Of a stretch of 49,575 nt of DNA, positions 40,734 through 49,517 are shown one piece after another. The notes under the pieces are model-generated. The model was given only the letters and a program-made list of their open reading frames with translations. It made no database searches and was not told the DNA's origin. Origin of the DNA: a virus. Position numbers and translations under genes: made by a program. The DNA is taken from positions 1 through 49,575 of IMG/VR virus record IMGVR_UViG_3300035310_000011; one strand, written 5' to 3'. How positions within the stretch are numbered: the first letter of the stretch is position 1; the number at the start of each line of letters is the position of its first letter.

Positions 40734-41534
40734 TTAATTATTATTCTCCAACGCCTCGACCTTAAACGTCCGTTCTAGTTTTAATGTTGCTGGTAAATCA
40801 AGGACCGGCGGTTCTTTCGGATTTTTTTTAGCATCGAAGTAATCATATTGCCATGTTGCTCGGACATGCTCAAATACCTTGTAATGGTCCCGCCAGTCAG
40901 GGTAAACCACAAAGCGGTAACCGTTCTTGTTCTGCGCGCCGAGCTGTAAGCAGGCGGTTTGCACGACTTCTATATCGGTGTTTTCTTCAATAGCCTTCGC
41001 ATAGGAAGCAAACTGGAGCGGAAAGTGCTCATGGATACTGGATCCGCTTTTCCAGTCAATAATTGTTATTTCTCCGCCAATTCTTACAAGCGCGTCAAGT
41101 GTGCCTGCATACTGTCCTTGCTCGCTAAAAATCTTTAATTCTTTCACGATAATTTTTGGTTGATATTCATTGTGCCAAGACACGAATGTAAATAGTTTCC
41201 AGTATTCCTCAAGCGATACCGGCCTATTATGCCCCGGCATGTATTCTCCTTCGCATAATTCCCCTCCATCAAGAAGAAACTCAATGCCCTTGTGTATGGT
41301 AGTCCCGCGTTCTCCGGCAGCTGACTTGATTGCTTGTGCCTCGTTCCACCCTTGCTCGGCAATCCACCGCGTTAAATGTGCTGATTGTGGATACGCGTTC
41401 AGAATCGTAGTGCTTGATGGAAACACCCCGAGGTATTCTCCTTTTGATCCGTCCGGTTGCATTCTCCAACAATGATACCAATGCGATTGTAAAGTTTTTG
41501 CTAACTCGATAATATAAGGTTTTAATATTTTCAT
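40734..41534 (-). CDS. PD-(D/E)XK exonuclease (Cas4/RecB-like phage exonuclease)
   Basis: GTLDALVRIGGEITIIDWKSG (D...D-x-K core) followed by QFASYA (Q-x-x-x-Y). Confidence 0.7.
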   Translation of the reverse strand: MKILKPYIIELAKTLQSHWYHCWRMQPDGSKGEYLGVFPSSTTILNAYPQSAHLTRWIAEQGWNEAQAIKSAAGERGTTIHKGIEFLLDGGELCEGEYMPGHNRPVSLEEYWKLFTFVSWHNEYQPKIIVKELKIFSEQGQYAGTLDALVRIGGEITIIDWKSGSSIHEHFPLQFASYAKAIEENTDIEVVQTACLQLGAQNKNGYRFVVYPDWRDHYKVFEHVRATWQYDYFDAKKNPKEPPVLDLPATLKLERTFKVEALENNN

Positions 41535-41986
41535 GATTGTTTTTTTACAATTCTCCTTCCTTTAGAGAACCGATCCCTCATATTATCGAGCTGTGTTCCA
41601 AGAAATAAATGTTTTGGATTAACGCATTTTCTATTATCGCATTTATGAAGAACACACATTCCAATAGGTATCTTCCCGAAATGAATCTCCCAAGATAAGC
41701 GATGAGATTTTACTCGTTTCCTGAAACCCCTCGCTTGCCAAAGAACAATTTGACCGTATCCTCCTTTATTTGGATGTAGATTTATGGATCCAGTCCATAA
41801 CCAACAACTAGATGTTTTACGAACATGAGTAAAAAACTTCTCGGAGACAGGAATTCTATTTTTTACCCTTGTCGCTAATCTTTTTGTGACAACACTTTTT
41901 GGAATTTTCCTTCCCTTAAGAGCTAAACTTGTTTTAAGTTTAGATTCCTTAGAATGTTTATGTCCTGTAAAGCCCCGCATCTTCAT
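41531..41986 (-). CDS. HNH homing endonuclease (HNH_3-type)
   Basis: CWLWTG...GYGQI...SHRLSWEIHFGKIPIGMCVLHKCDNRKCVNPKHLFLGTQLDNMRD. Confidence 0.85.
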   Translation of the reverse strand: MKMRGFTGHKHSKESKLKTSLALKGRKIPKSVVTKRLATRVKNRIPVSEKFFTHVRKTSSCWLWTGSINLHPNKGGYGQIVLWQARGFRKRVKSHRLSWEIHFGKIPIGMCVLHKCDNRKCVNPKHLFLGTQLDNMRDRFSKGRRIVKKQS

Positions 41987-42948
41987 AGCGTTATCTCGCC
42001 CACCTTCTTATAGAGCGAGTAAATATTGCCTTTAACTTCTACATAGAACTCACTGGCCATCTTTTCTGTCCAGCCATGCGAAGCAAGAAACTCCTGATAC
42101 TTTTTATCCTTTGCGAGTTTTTCTTTTTCGTGTGCGGCATTTATTCTTTCGTTCTCCTCTCTTCGAGCTTTTTCCTTTACTTCCACTTCCGCCTTCTCCT
42201 TGCGCTCGCGTTCCTCGCGCTCGACTTTTTCCTTCGCTTCACGCTCGATCTTGTCAGCACGTTCTTTTGCTTCACGCTCGGTTCGTTCCGCGCGTTCCTT
42301 TGATTCCTTCTCGGCGCGTTCACGCTCCACCCTAAGGTTCGCCTCCGCCTCTTCAGTGCGCTTACGCTCATCAGCCCGGGCACGATCCTCGACCTCTCTT
42401 AATTCTTTCTCTCTCGCGACTCGCGCTTCTTCTTCTTTAATCTTTCGTTGTTGCTCTTCAAGTATGAGCCGGTCTTTCTCGTTCTTATCGGCAAGACGCT
42501 TGTTGCAATAGCCCTCAAACAAAGTGCTATCCATGTCAAGAATCTCGTCATCGGGGATTTCAACGCCATCGTTGAAAGCGGCAAGCCGGTCTTTACGCTT
42601 AGGCAGCAATTCCTTGCGCTTCTCTCGTTCTGCGTATTGATCCGCCTGTTCTTCGAGGCCGGCAAGACGAAGCTCCTCTGGCTCAACGAAAGCAATAATC
42701 TCTTTCTCTTTGCCTATAACCGCTTTCTGAAAATCAAGAGCTTTTTGCCGGAACGCCTTTCCTTGCTTGGTAATGTTGACACGGATTTCCTTGAGTTGAA
42801 GGCGTTGATCCCTTACCGCTTTTACCTGCAGCTTGTCAGCAAAGTCGGTGATGGTAAGTTTTTTACCATCAACAACAATCCTTTGAATCTCGGCGATCGT
42901 GGGATTGAACTTCTCAATATTTAATTGTTCGACTTGTTGTTCGGACAT
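41983..42948 (-). CDS. Coiled-coil protein with an extremely charged E/R/K repeat region (321 aa)
   Basis: ERAEKESKERAERTEREAKERADKIEREAKEKVEREERERKEKAEVEVKEKARREENE. The N-terminal part loosely resembles DUF1351-type recombination-module proteins (from memory). Confidence 0.6.
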   Translation of the reverse strand: MSEQQVEQLNIEKFNPTIAEIQRIVVDGKKLTITDFADKLQVKAVRDQRLQLKEIRVNITKQGKAFRQKALDFQKAVIGKEKEIIAFVEPEELRLAGLEEQADQYAEREKRKELLPKRKDRLAAFNDGVEIPDDEILDMDSTLFEGYCNKRLADKNEKDRLILEEQQRKIKEEEARVAREKELREVEDRARADERKRTEEAEANLRVERERAEKESKERAERTEREAKERADKIEREAKEKVEREERERKEKAEVEVKEKARREENERINAAHEKEKLAKDKKYQEFLASHGWTEKMASEFYVEVKGNIYSLYKKVGEITL

Positions 42949-42950
42949 GT

Positions 42951-43406
42951 TTATAGATCCCCCGCCGTCACATCCTGCGACTCAAGCCATTCCTTATTCA
43001 TTATCGGAAAACCAGTATTGTCTTTCGGCGCGTAAATTTTAATGATCTTCGCTGGATTGCCCATACTGCTCTTTTTTTCTTCAACAAATGTAATCTTTAC
43101 TACCTGCCCCGGCTTTAGGGAGTTCGCCTGCGCGTTGAAAAAATCATTACGCCCCCATATAGACCAACTCTCTCCTTTATTTATTGTTGTCGGAATTTCC
43201 GCGGGTACCTTGTCCGTTATTCTGTGAAACGAACCCCTCTCGGCAAAAAACTCATAGATAGAATTTTCACCGTACTGTGTTTCAACCCCATGGCGCGACT
43301 TCACAAATGTTCCCGCCATGAAGTCCCCAACCCTCCCCCACTCCACCGTATTGGAGGACATTTCGCTTTCCTCATTAAAGTTTGAATCATCGAAGATATT
43401 TTCCAT
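42951..43406 (-). CDS. Hypothetical protein (151 aa)
   Basis: ORF in the recombination/replication block. Confidence 0.6.
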   Translation of the reverse strand: MENIFDDSNFNEESEMSSNTVEWGRVGDFMAGTFVKSRHGVETQYGENSIYEFFAERGSFHRITDKVPAEIPTTINKGESWSIWGRNDFFNAQANSLKPGQVVKITFVEEKKSSMGNPAKIIKIYAPKDNTGFPIMNKEWLESQDVTAGDL

Positions 43407-43420
43407 GTTTGTTTAGTTAC

Positions 43421-43660
43421 TTAATTTATGTTTATCTCTATGCCTCTCGACGCGAGGCAATGAACGCAATACGCGGCATACTTTCGGGAGGCATTACCCT
43501 CTCGCGGAAACTCCTCGTGGAAGTTTTCGATGATATGCCACTCATGGTCCGGATACCCGCCTTTACATTGAAGAACATATGTTAATTCTGTACCTGCTTC
43601 TAATGGTGTTGTTAATGTTTCGTCCATGATAAAATGCAAGGGAACAGGCAGACATCTCAT
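43421..43660 (-). CDS. Hypothetical protein (79 aa)
   Basis: ORF whose start overlaps the upstream gene stop. Confidence 0.5.
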   Translation of the reverse strand: MRCLPVPLHFIMDETLTTPLEAGTELTYVLQCKGGYPDHEWHIIENFHEEFPREGNASRKYAAYCVHCLASRGIEININ

Positions 43661-43839
43661 TTTGCAAGTTCTTCTGTCCGTTCCTCTTGAAGTTTTTTAA
43701 TTATATTAGACACCCGACCTTTGGATAAGTTAAATATTGTCGCTATGTAGTCGACGGGATAACCTCTTTCGTCTAGGGATAAAATTTTCCGATTGCGTTT
43801 TGCGATGATAGCTGACTGCGTCTTAGTTGGTCTTGCCAT
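43657..43839 (-). CDS. Small helix-turn-helix DNA-binding protein
   Basis: YPVDYIATIFNLSKGRVSNIIKK is a typical HTH. First gene of the leftward operon at the divergent promoter region. Confidence 0.6.
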   Translation of the reverse strand: MARPTKTQSAIIAKRNRKILSLDERGYPVDYIATIFNLSKGRVSNIIKKLQEERTEELAK

Positions 43840-43871
43840 ATTGTTTACATTGTTTTATTTAAGCTGAAAAG

Positions 43872-43880
43872 TTATCCACA
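43872..43880 (+). promoter_or_regulatory. DnaA-box-like TTATCCACA (GAAAAGTTATCCACA)
   Basis: Read directly. Forms an inverted pair with 43938..43946 around the primase promoter. Confidence 0.55.
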
Positions 43881-43908
43881 ATGCGATACCTTTTCGTTTC
43901 TATTTATA

Positions 43909-43917
43909 TGGTATAAT
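43909..43917 (+). promoter_or_regulatory. Extended -10 promoter element TGgTATAAT upstream of the primase gene
   Basis: Read directly. The -35 is weak. Confidence 0.5.
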
Positions 43918-43937
43918 AAAGTTAAGCAATAGGCAAA

Positions 43938-43946
43938 TGTGGATAA
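43938..43946 (-). promoter_or_regulatory. DnaA-box-like TGTGGATAA (reverse-strand AGAAAAGTTATCCACA)
   Basis: Read directly. Lies between the predicted transcription start and the primase ATG. Confidence 0.55.
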
Positions 43947-43956
43947 CTTTTCTACT

Positions 43957-45012
43957 ATGACTTTCCCAAATGAGATAAAACAATGGCTCAACAATAGGGG
44001 TATCACCGACGAGGTGATTGTGAATAACAAAATCGACTGGGACGGCAACGCCATTGTCATACCTATCTACGATACAGTCGGAAAATTCTTATTCAACAAA
44101 TACAGAAGAAACCCTTTCAAAACAGAGGGACCTAAATACTGGTATCAATCGGGACAAACCTCGCAACTCTACAACGCGCATAAAATAAACGGACAAAAAC
44201 AAGTCATCATAGTCGAGGGAGAACTGGACGCCTTAATCCTTGAGGCGCGGGGCTATCTTGCCGTTACCTCTACCGGTGGTGCCGGGACATTCAAAGATGA
44301 GTGGATACCTCTCCTTCGGGAAAAAGATTTATATGTATGCTTTGATAAAGACATGGCCGGCTATCAGGGCGCGGCAAAAGTTCTTTCCAAACTACCTGCA
44401 AAACTTATCATGTTGCCCAATTCCGTAGAACATCATGGAGACGTTACGGACTTCTTTATTAAAATTCGAGGTGATTTCAACGAGCTCCTCGCCGGAGCGA
44501 GATCGTATCCTGTACTTTGCGAGCCCGATCCAGAAATGCCCCTAGTAAAAAACCTGATAGAAAGAATCGGGTTTTACAAGAATGAAATCAACAAAATGCA
44601 AGAAGAAAAGCGCCAGGCGTCATTTCAGGGAAAACCTTATGTCTACTTTAGTTTTTTAATCAATGTTCTCAACGAACGGAAAAATCATATAGAGCGGGAA
44701 CTTCGTAAGCGGCGCTTCGCGGCGCGCCCCTCAAACCTCCGAGAAGAAGGCATTAGCGATAACGATATAGCTCGGGCAAAAGAAGTGCTGATTGAGACGC
44801 TTTATCGCGACCGCCTTCGTCCCCTCGGCAACACTCTCGTAGGTCTTTGCCCATTTCATAATGAGCGACATAGTTCATTTGTAATATACTTACAGCAGAA
44901 TAAATTTTATTGTTTTGGGGCCTGTTCAAAAGGAGGGGACGCTATAGACTTCTTAACGCGATTGGAAGGCATAAGTTTTATACAAGCGGTTAGACAGCTT
45001 GCCAAAAAATGA
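43957..45012 (+). CDS. DnaG-like TOPRIM primase with a C-terminal CHC2 zinc finger
   Basis: TOPRIM motifs VIIVEGELDAL and VCFDKDMAG. C-terminal CPFHNERHSSFVIYLQQNKFYCFGACSKGGDAIDFL. I prefer the ATG at 43957 over the GTG at 43939. Confidence 0.85.
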   Translation: MTFPNEIKQWLNNRGITDEVIVNNKIDWDGNAIVIPIYDTVGKFLFNKYRRNPFKTEGPKYWYQSGQTSQLYNAHKINGQKQVIIVEGELDALILEARGYLAVTSTGGAGTFKDEWIPLLREKDLYVCFDKDMAGYQGAAKVLSKLPAKLIMLPNSVEHHGDVTDFFIKIRGDFNELLAGARSYPVLCEPDPEMPLVKNLIERIGFYKNEINKMQEEKRQASFQGKPYVYFSFLINVLNERKNHIERELRKRRFAARPSNLREEGISDNDIARAKEVLIETLYRDRLRPLGNTLVGLCPFHNERHSSFVIYLQQNKFYCFGACSKGGDAIDFLTRLEGISFIQAVRQLAKK

Positions 45013-46331
45013 CAAAGAAACTTACCATCAAAAAAGTCGCGCTTGATTTTAGGAAAGTTTACGAAATCAGAGACCCCTATATCATTAAGTTTCTTTATGC
45101 GGCAGTAAGAACGCACCTAAGAAGCTCCGACCCCGTATGGTTTATCATTTCTGCCCCTCCTTCAAGCGGAAAAACCGAGCTGGTCAATACATTGAGCAAA
45201 ATATTCTGGATGACTCCTGAAGGAAAAAGAGAGGGGATGACTAAGCTTTCTACCATAACCTCTCATACTTTTTTATCCGGCATGAAGAAGACCGGAGGAG
45301 AACCGACTTCGCTTCTTGAAAGAATACGGAACGGCATTCTGCTTTTCAAGGACTTTACCACTATGATGCAAGAGAACTCCGAAGAACAAAAAGTTATTAT
45401 GGCCCAACTCCGGGAAGTATACGATGGAGAAATAGAGAAGACGTTTGGAACCGGGGAGACATTAAAGTGGAAAGGCAAAATAACTGTTATCGCCGCGGCC
45501 ACGCAGAAAATACACACGATGCGTCAACAGTACGCAAACATGGGAGAACGATTTCTCGTATATAGTCTTATTATGCCGGATCGTATCAAGGCAGCCACCA
45601 AGTCAATGGAGAACCAAGAGGGGGGTAATCTCCAAGAGAATCGCTCACAACTCCAAGATTTAATGCTTCAATATCATCAGGAGTTTCAAGCACCTTCGGA
45701 AAAAGTTAAAATAAACAAAGCGTTTCGCGACGATCTTATCGAAATCGCAGACCTTGCGACGCGAGCCCGAACCGAGGCGGAAAGAGACTGGCGTTCGCCC
45801 ACCAAAGAGATAGTAGAAATCTACGACGCGGAAATGCCCCAGCGCTTTGCCGCCCAGCTTCAAGCCCTTGCCTTGTCGCTTATGGAAATCAACTACAATG
45901 AGACCGGGAATGCCGAACTCCTTGAGGAAGATTATGAATTGGTAAAAAAGGTAGGGTTTGATTCTATCCCAAGAACTAAACGCCGAGCGCTTCTTGAACT
46001 TGCCAAGTATGATGTTATTGAGACCTCCGGACTTGCGGTGAAAATCGGAATACCAACCAACAGCGTTCGGCGCTGGCTTGAAGATGTAGTCGCATTGGGT
46101 CTGGCAGACAGAGAAAAGGGATCGGGCAACAAGGGGGATCGATGGCGCTTGAAAGAATCGGTCAAATCGGTAATACAACGTTTTGAAAAAGTCGAATCGT
46201 TAGGAATAGAATTAACAGAAGACACCGCGGAGGAAAACCTCGAACCTATTGACGAAGCGCTTGTCGCCGAAGCAAAGGAAGAGGAAGTTCAACCGCAGGA
46301 CTTATTTAAAAATGAAGAAGGAAGAAATTAA
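45009..46331 (+). CDS. P-loop NTPase, putative replicative helicase or primase-associated ATPase
   Basis: Walker A SAPPSSGKTEL and Walker B-like GILLFKDFT. Start overlaps the primase stop (ATGA). Possible winged-helix C-terminus. Confidence 0.6.
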   Translation: MTKKLTIKKVALDFRKVYEIRDPYIIKFLYAAVRTHLRSSDPVWFIISAPPSSGKTELVNTLSKIFWMTPEGKREGMTKLSTITSHTFLSGMKKTGGEPTSLLERIRNGILLFKDFTTMMQENSEEQKVIMAQLREVYDGEIEKTFGTGETLKWKGKITVIAAATQKIHTMRQQYANMGERFLVYSLIMPDRIKAATKSMENQEGGNLQENRSQLQDLMLQYHQEFQAPSEKVKINKAFRDDLIEIADLATRARTEAERDWRSPTKEIVEIYDAEMPQRFAAQLQALALSLMEINYNETGNAELLEEDYELVKKVGFDSIPRTKRRALLELAKYDVIETSGLAVKIGIPTNSVRRWLEDVVALGLADREKGSGNKGDRWRLKESVKSVIQRFEKVESLGIELTEDTAEENLEPIDEALVAEAKEEEVQPQDLFKNEEGRN

Positions 46332-46644
46332 AGAAAAAGTAGTATATCTTTCCGTCTTCAAAGAAGACGTAAAGGCGGGGTCTATTATTGACGGACAGAG
46401 ATACGCCGTGGCGCAACCCTACGAAACCCCTCAAAAACTAGGGCAAGCTCGCGCGCAAGCCCGGCAGTATACCGAGAACACCATTGACATTTATCTTAAA
46501 GCTCCCCGAGAATTATTCGATAAAGTAGTCGAGCACAAGTCCCTTACGCTCGAAGAAAAAATATCCATCGTCAGCTCTCCCCCCACCGGCACTTACGAAA
46601 CTATCGAGATAACCAACGCAAGATTCTTAAAGTTATTTCCGTGA
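46312..46644 (+). CDS. Hypothetical protein (110 aa from MKKEEIKEK)
   Basis: The internal ATG at 46312 reduces the overlap with the upstream gene. Confidence 0.5.
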   Translation: MKKEEIKEKVVYLSVFKEDVKAGSIIDGQRYAVAQPYETPQKLGQARAQARQYTENTIDIYLKAPRELFDKVVEHKSLTLEEKISIVSSPPTGTYETIEITNARFLKLFP

Positions 46645-46880
46645 TTATCCTCTATACCAACACAAACTGCGCGTGGTGCGACAAGGCGAAGGAGTGGCTC
46701 GCTGCCAATAGCATCAAATACAAAGAAATTCCGGTCCTTGAAGCGCCGGAGTTCGTCGCGGAGTATAAAAAAGTAACGGGCAGGTCCAGAGTGGGAGTCC
46801 CCATACTCCGTAAGGGAGATGATATAGTCGTAGGATTTAATGAGCAACAATACAAAGATTTATTAGGTTCCGGTTCGTAA
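46641..46880 (+). CDS. Glutaredoxin/NrdH-like thioredoxin-fold protein
   Basis: ILYTNTNCAWCDKAKEWL (CxxC) ... VGVPILRKGDDIVVGFN. GTG start. Confidence 0.8.
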   Translation: MIILYTNTNCAWCDKAKEWLAANSIKYKEIPVLEAPEFVAEYKKVTGRSRVGVPILRKGDDIVVGFNEQQYKDLLGSGS

Positions 46881-47240
46881 CCAATAGGCGTGTCTATATG
46901 CCTTGCGCTTCTCCTTGTCTTTCTCATGCTTGTGCCGGTGATAGCTTGCAAGCGCCTGCGCTCTTCGTTTCTCGGGATTATTTTTTATCCACTTCAGCCA
47001 GATTTTATAACACATCGCTTTGTAAGGTTCCGGCTCCATTCTTTCTTTAAATTCTTTTGCCCATTTATAAAATTGCTCCCTTTTTTCTGGCGTGATGAAT
47101 TTTACCCTGCATTTCTTGCACCTTCGCTCATATCTTTTCGGACCATAAGGATCGCTTCTCTGTTCCTCTTTGCAATCCTTGCATACAAATATGAGGCCGA
47201 GCATGTCCCTATAATATTTTTCTTCAAGAAGTCTCGTCAT
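46863..47240 (-). CDS. Basic zinc-ribbon protein (125 aa)
   Basis: CKDC...CKKC pair and a Lys/Arg-rich C-terminus. Confidence 0.55.
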   Translation of the reverse strand: MTRLLEEKYYRDMLGLIFVCKDCKEEQRSDPYGPKRYERRCKKCRVKFITPEKREQFYKWAKEFKERMEPEPYKAMCYKIWLKWIKNNPEKRRAQALASYHRHKHEKDKEKRKAYRHAYWLRTGT

Positions 47241-47248
47241 ACATTTAT

Positions 47249-48295
47249 TTATTCATATTGAAGCATTTCCCGTATCTGGTACATGCTAATTGGCGTGTCG
47301 CCTAGAAGAGTAGAAGATAATTTAGATTTATGTTGAATCATTTTAGAAAGCCATCCATCCATGCTTTTACGCGCCACAAGATTGTATATCATCATGGGTC
47401 TTTTTTTATCCAATGCCTTAATACGACCGTTGCGTTGTTCATATTTACCATAAGAATAGGGAAGATCGTAATGGAAAATTATATCGCCAGAGTTAAGAGT
47501 CAAACCCTCTCCGCCGGCATCGGTAGAAACCAATAACCGACAAGCGGGATCGTCTTGAAACGATTTTTTTACTTTATCTCTATCTTCATTGTTCACATCT
47601 CCGGAAATGACAAGCGGTTTATATTCCACAAGTTCCCTTTCAAAAATAGGCATCATCTTTTTAAAACGAGAAAACACAATCACTTTTATCTCCGAGTCCT
47701 CAAAAATATCTGTAAGTTTTTCCTTCAATACATCTAACTTTGTTGAAGTTCTGTCTGTACCTATTAACTCCAACGAACATGTCAATTCAATAAGCACAAG
47801 CATTTTTACAAGCGTTTGCTGTATAGCCATTGGATGTTCCAATTTTTCTATCAGGTGAGATTCTACTTCAAAAAGAATTTCTTTTTTTATTTTAGAGTAT
47901 AGTTCTCGTTCTTTTTCCGATAGATCAAAAGAGATATCCTCGTAAGTTACCGGAGGCAATTCCGGCGCGACTTCTTCCAAAGTTTTTCGTATCATGTATC
48001 GCTTTATTCTCTGGGAAAGTTCCTGTAAATTGACAGGGTATAACATAGAACCCCATTTATCGCGAACAATATAGCGATCGAGAAAGGAGTATTTGTTGCC
48101 CAAAACTCCATTATTTGTCCAATCTATTACACCAAAGAGATCGGGCGGTTTGTTTACAAGAGGAGTAGCCGTAAGAGCGTAGCGATGCTTACTGCCCTGC
48201 GATATTTTTCGGATTGCCTTATAGCGCTGGGTAGAAGTGTTAGCCAAGCGGTGTGCCTCGTCACATATGATTGAATCGAATGCCATATTTTTCAT
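47249..48295 (-). CDS. SNF2-family helicase, C-terminal fragment (DEAH box onward)
   Basis: FDSIICDEAHRLAN (motif II), ALTATPLVN (III), and helicase-C motifs LLVSTDAGGEGLTLNSGDIIFHYDLPYSYGKYEQRNGRI. Confidence 0.9.
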   Translation of the reverse strand: MKNMAFDSIICDEAHRLANTSTQRYKAIRKISQGSKHRYALTATPLVNKPPDLFGVIDWTNNGVLGNKYSFLDRYIVRDKWGSMLYPVNLQELSQRIKRYMIRKTLEEVAPELPPVTYEDISFDLSEKERELYSKIKKEILFEVESHLIEKLEHPMAIQQTLVKMLVLIELTCSLELIGTDRTSTKLDVLKEKLTDIFEDSEIKVIVFSRFKKMMPIFERELVEYKPLVISGDVNNEDRDKVKKSFQDDPACRLLVSTDAGGEGLTLNSGDIIFHYDLPYSYGKYEQRNGRIKALDKKRPMMIYNLVARKSMDGWLSKMIQHKSKLSSTLLGDTPISMYQIREMLQYE

Positions 48296-48785
48296 TATGC
48301 CGGTCGTACCTTATATGACAGGAGCGGCATAGTTTCCAAAAATTACTTTTTTTACGTTCGTATTTTTTATGATGGATTTTAGCCCATTCAATTTTACCTT
48401 TTTTAGTGCCACAATAATCACATTTTTTTGCTTTTCCAAACTTTCTAATGAGCCACTTATGAATGTAAAAATAACCTTTCCGGCTACTCTCCCATAAAGA
48501 TTTATCCGCATATCCTTTCTTCTTATAAAATTCTATCAACGAATCGGAAATTTTTTGTGTAATTTCAACTGATGGTTTTCTTCCCTTCATCCATTTCCCA
48601 AAACCTCGTTCCTTTGCCAAAACACTAAATGCTAATCTTTGCTCGGGTGTTTTCTTATGAGGAATTTTACTACGACAATCATTACTACATACTTTCCTAT
48701 TCTTTTTATTATTAAGATCAAAACATTCTCTTTTACATATTTTGCACTTAAAATATCTTTTAGAATTTCTGAAGTTCTTCAACAT
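48261..48785 (-). mobile_element. HNH-type homing-endonuclease-like ORF inserted in the SNF2 helicase gene
   Basis: 174 aa from MLKNFRNSK. C-terminal CDYCGTKKGKIEWAKIHHKKYERKKSNFWKLCRSCHIRYDRH. AT-rich. Overlaps the last ~25 nt of the N-fragment and the first ~35 nt of the C-fragment in a different frame. Confidence 0.7.
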
Positions 48786-49386
48786 CAATTCTGGCAATGT
48801 CGTATGTAAGTACAACGTAAAACCTACCAGAGCGATAGTTCCGTGCTTCTTCATATATTGCAGTTCTTTGACGCTTATTGCCATATACAATATAAACTTT
48901 AGCATCTCTGTCCCATTTTTGCAACTCTCCTTCTCCCCACTGATAAAGAACACTACCCGGAACGATAACCAAATTTCTTACAGTATTAAGTTTTCTAATA
49001 GCCGCAATCGTCATTATTGTTTTGCCGGTCCGCACGCCACATGCATTTAGACAAGAGCCAGTTTTCACCATAAAAGCAGAAACTACACGCTGAAAATTAT
49101 AAAGCGGTAGAGGAGTCGTGAACTCCGTATCCGGTAGCAGCACTAACGCTTCCACCTGCCGTCCGCGTTCCGCGTCCTGCCTTACCGCAAGCTCCACCGC
49201 CTCGTCTATGTTAAATCCCCACCGCTTCAACTTCTCAACGGACTCAAACGCGCCGGCAAGGGGAATAAGCCACGACTTGCGCTTAGGTGCGTATTGCCTG
49301 CTACCCAAAGTTTTTACCATCTCAACCATTGCCGGCGAATACGAAAATATAATCTCTATTTTGTCTCCCAAGAGTGATACTCTCAT
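48760..49386 (-). CDS. SNF2-family helicase, N-terminal fragment (motif I region)
   Basis: LYNFQRVVSAF (Q motif), ACGVRTGKT (motif I), NLVIVPGSVLYQW (Ia). Ends ...TYDIARIDVEELQKF-TAA just before the position where DEAH is expected. Confidence 0.85.
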   Translation of the reverse strand: MRVSLLGDKIEIIFSYSPAMVEMVKTLGSRQYAPKRKSWLIPLAGAFESVEKLKRWGFNIDEAVELAVRQDAERGRQVEALVLLPDTEFTTPLPLYNFQRVVSAFMVKTGSCLNACGVRTGKTIMTIAAIRKLNTVRNLVIVPGSVLYQWGEGELQKWDRDAKVYIVYGNKRQRTAIYEEARNYRSGRFYVVLTYDIARIDVEELQKF

Positions 49387-49517
49387 TTCACCCAGTAATA
49401 ATCCTGTTCCTGTTCGGGTCCCCGAAGCGTAGCATCTCCCAGTTTTTCCATAACAAAACCCAGAAGCAGAACAACAAGTATAACTATAATAAATGCCTTA
49501 AAACTTCCTTCTTCCAT
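49383..49517 (-). CDS. Small predicted membrane protein (44 aa: MEEGSFKAFIIVILVVLLLGFVMEKLGDATLRGPEQEQDYYWVK)
   Basis: Translated by hand. Its TGA overlaps the SNF2 ATG (ATGA). The N-terminus lies in the terminal repeat. Confidence 0.4.
   Translation of the reverse strand: MEEGSFKAFIIVILVVLLLGFVMEKLGDATLRGPEQEQDYYWVK

Noticed and set aside
42076-42924. Cluster of overlapping ORFs on both strands within the 41983..42948 gene
   Set aside because: They are generated by the purine-rich GAA/AAG/CGN repeat that encodes the E/R/K coiled coil. They are low-complexity shadow frames.
48261-48785. Intein or classical group I intron in the SNF2 gene
   Set aside because: The insert is in a different frame and is bounded by a stop and a new start, so it is not an intein. 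Almost the whole insert is ORF, leaving little room for an intron ribozyme core. I therefore favour a free-standing cassette splitting the gene, but splicing was not excluded.
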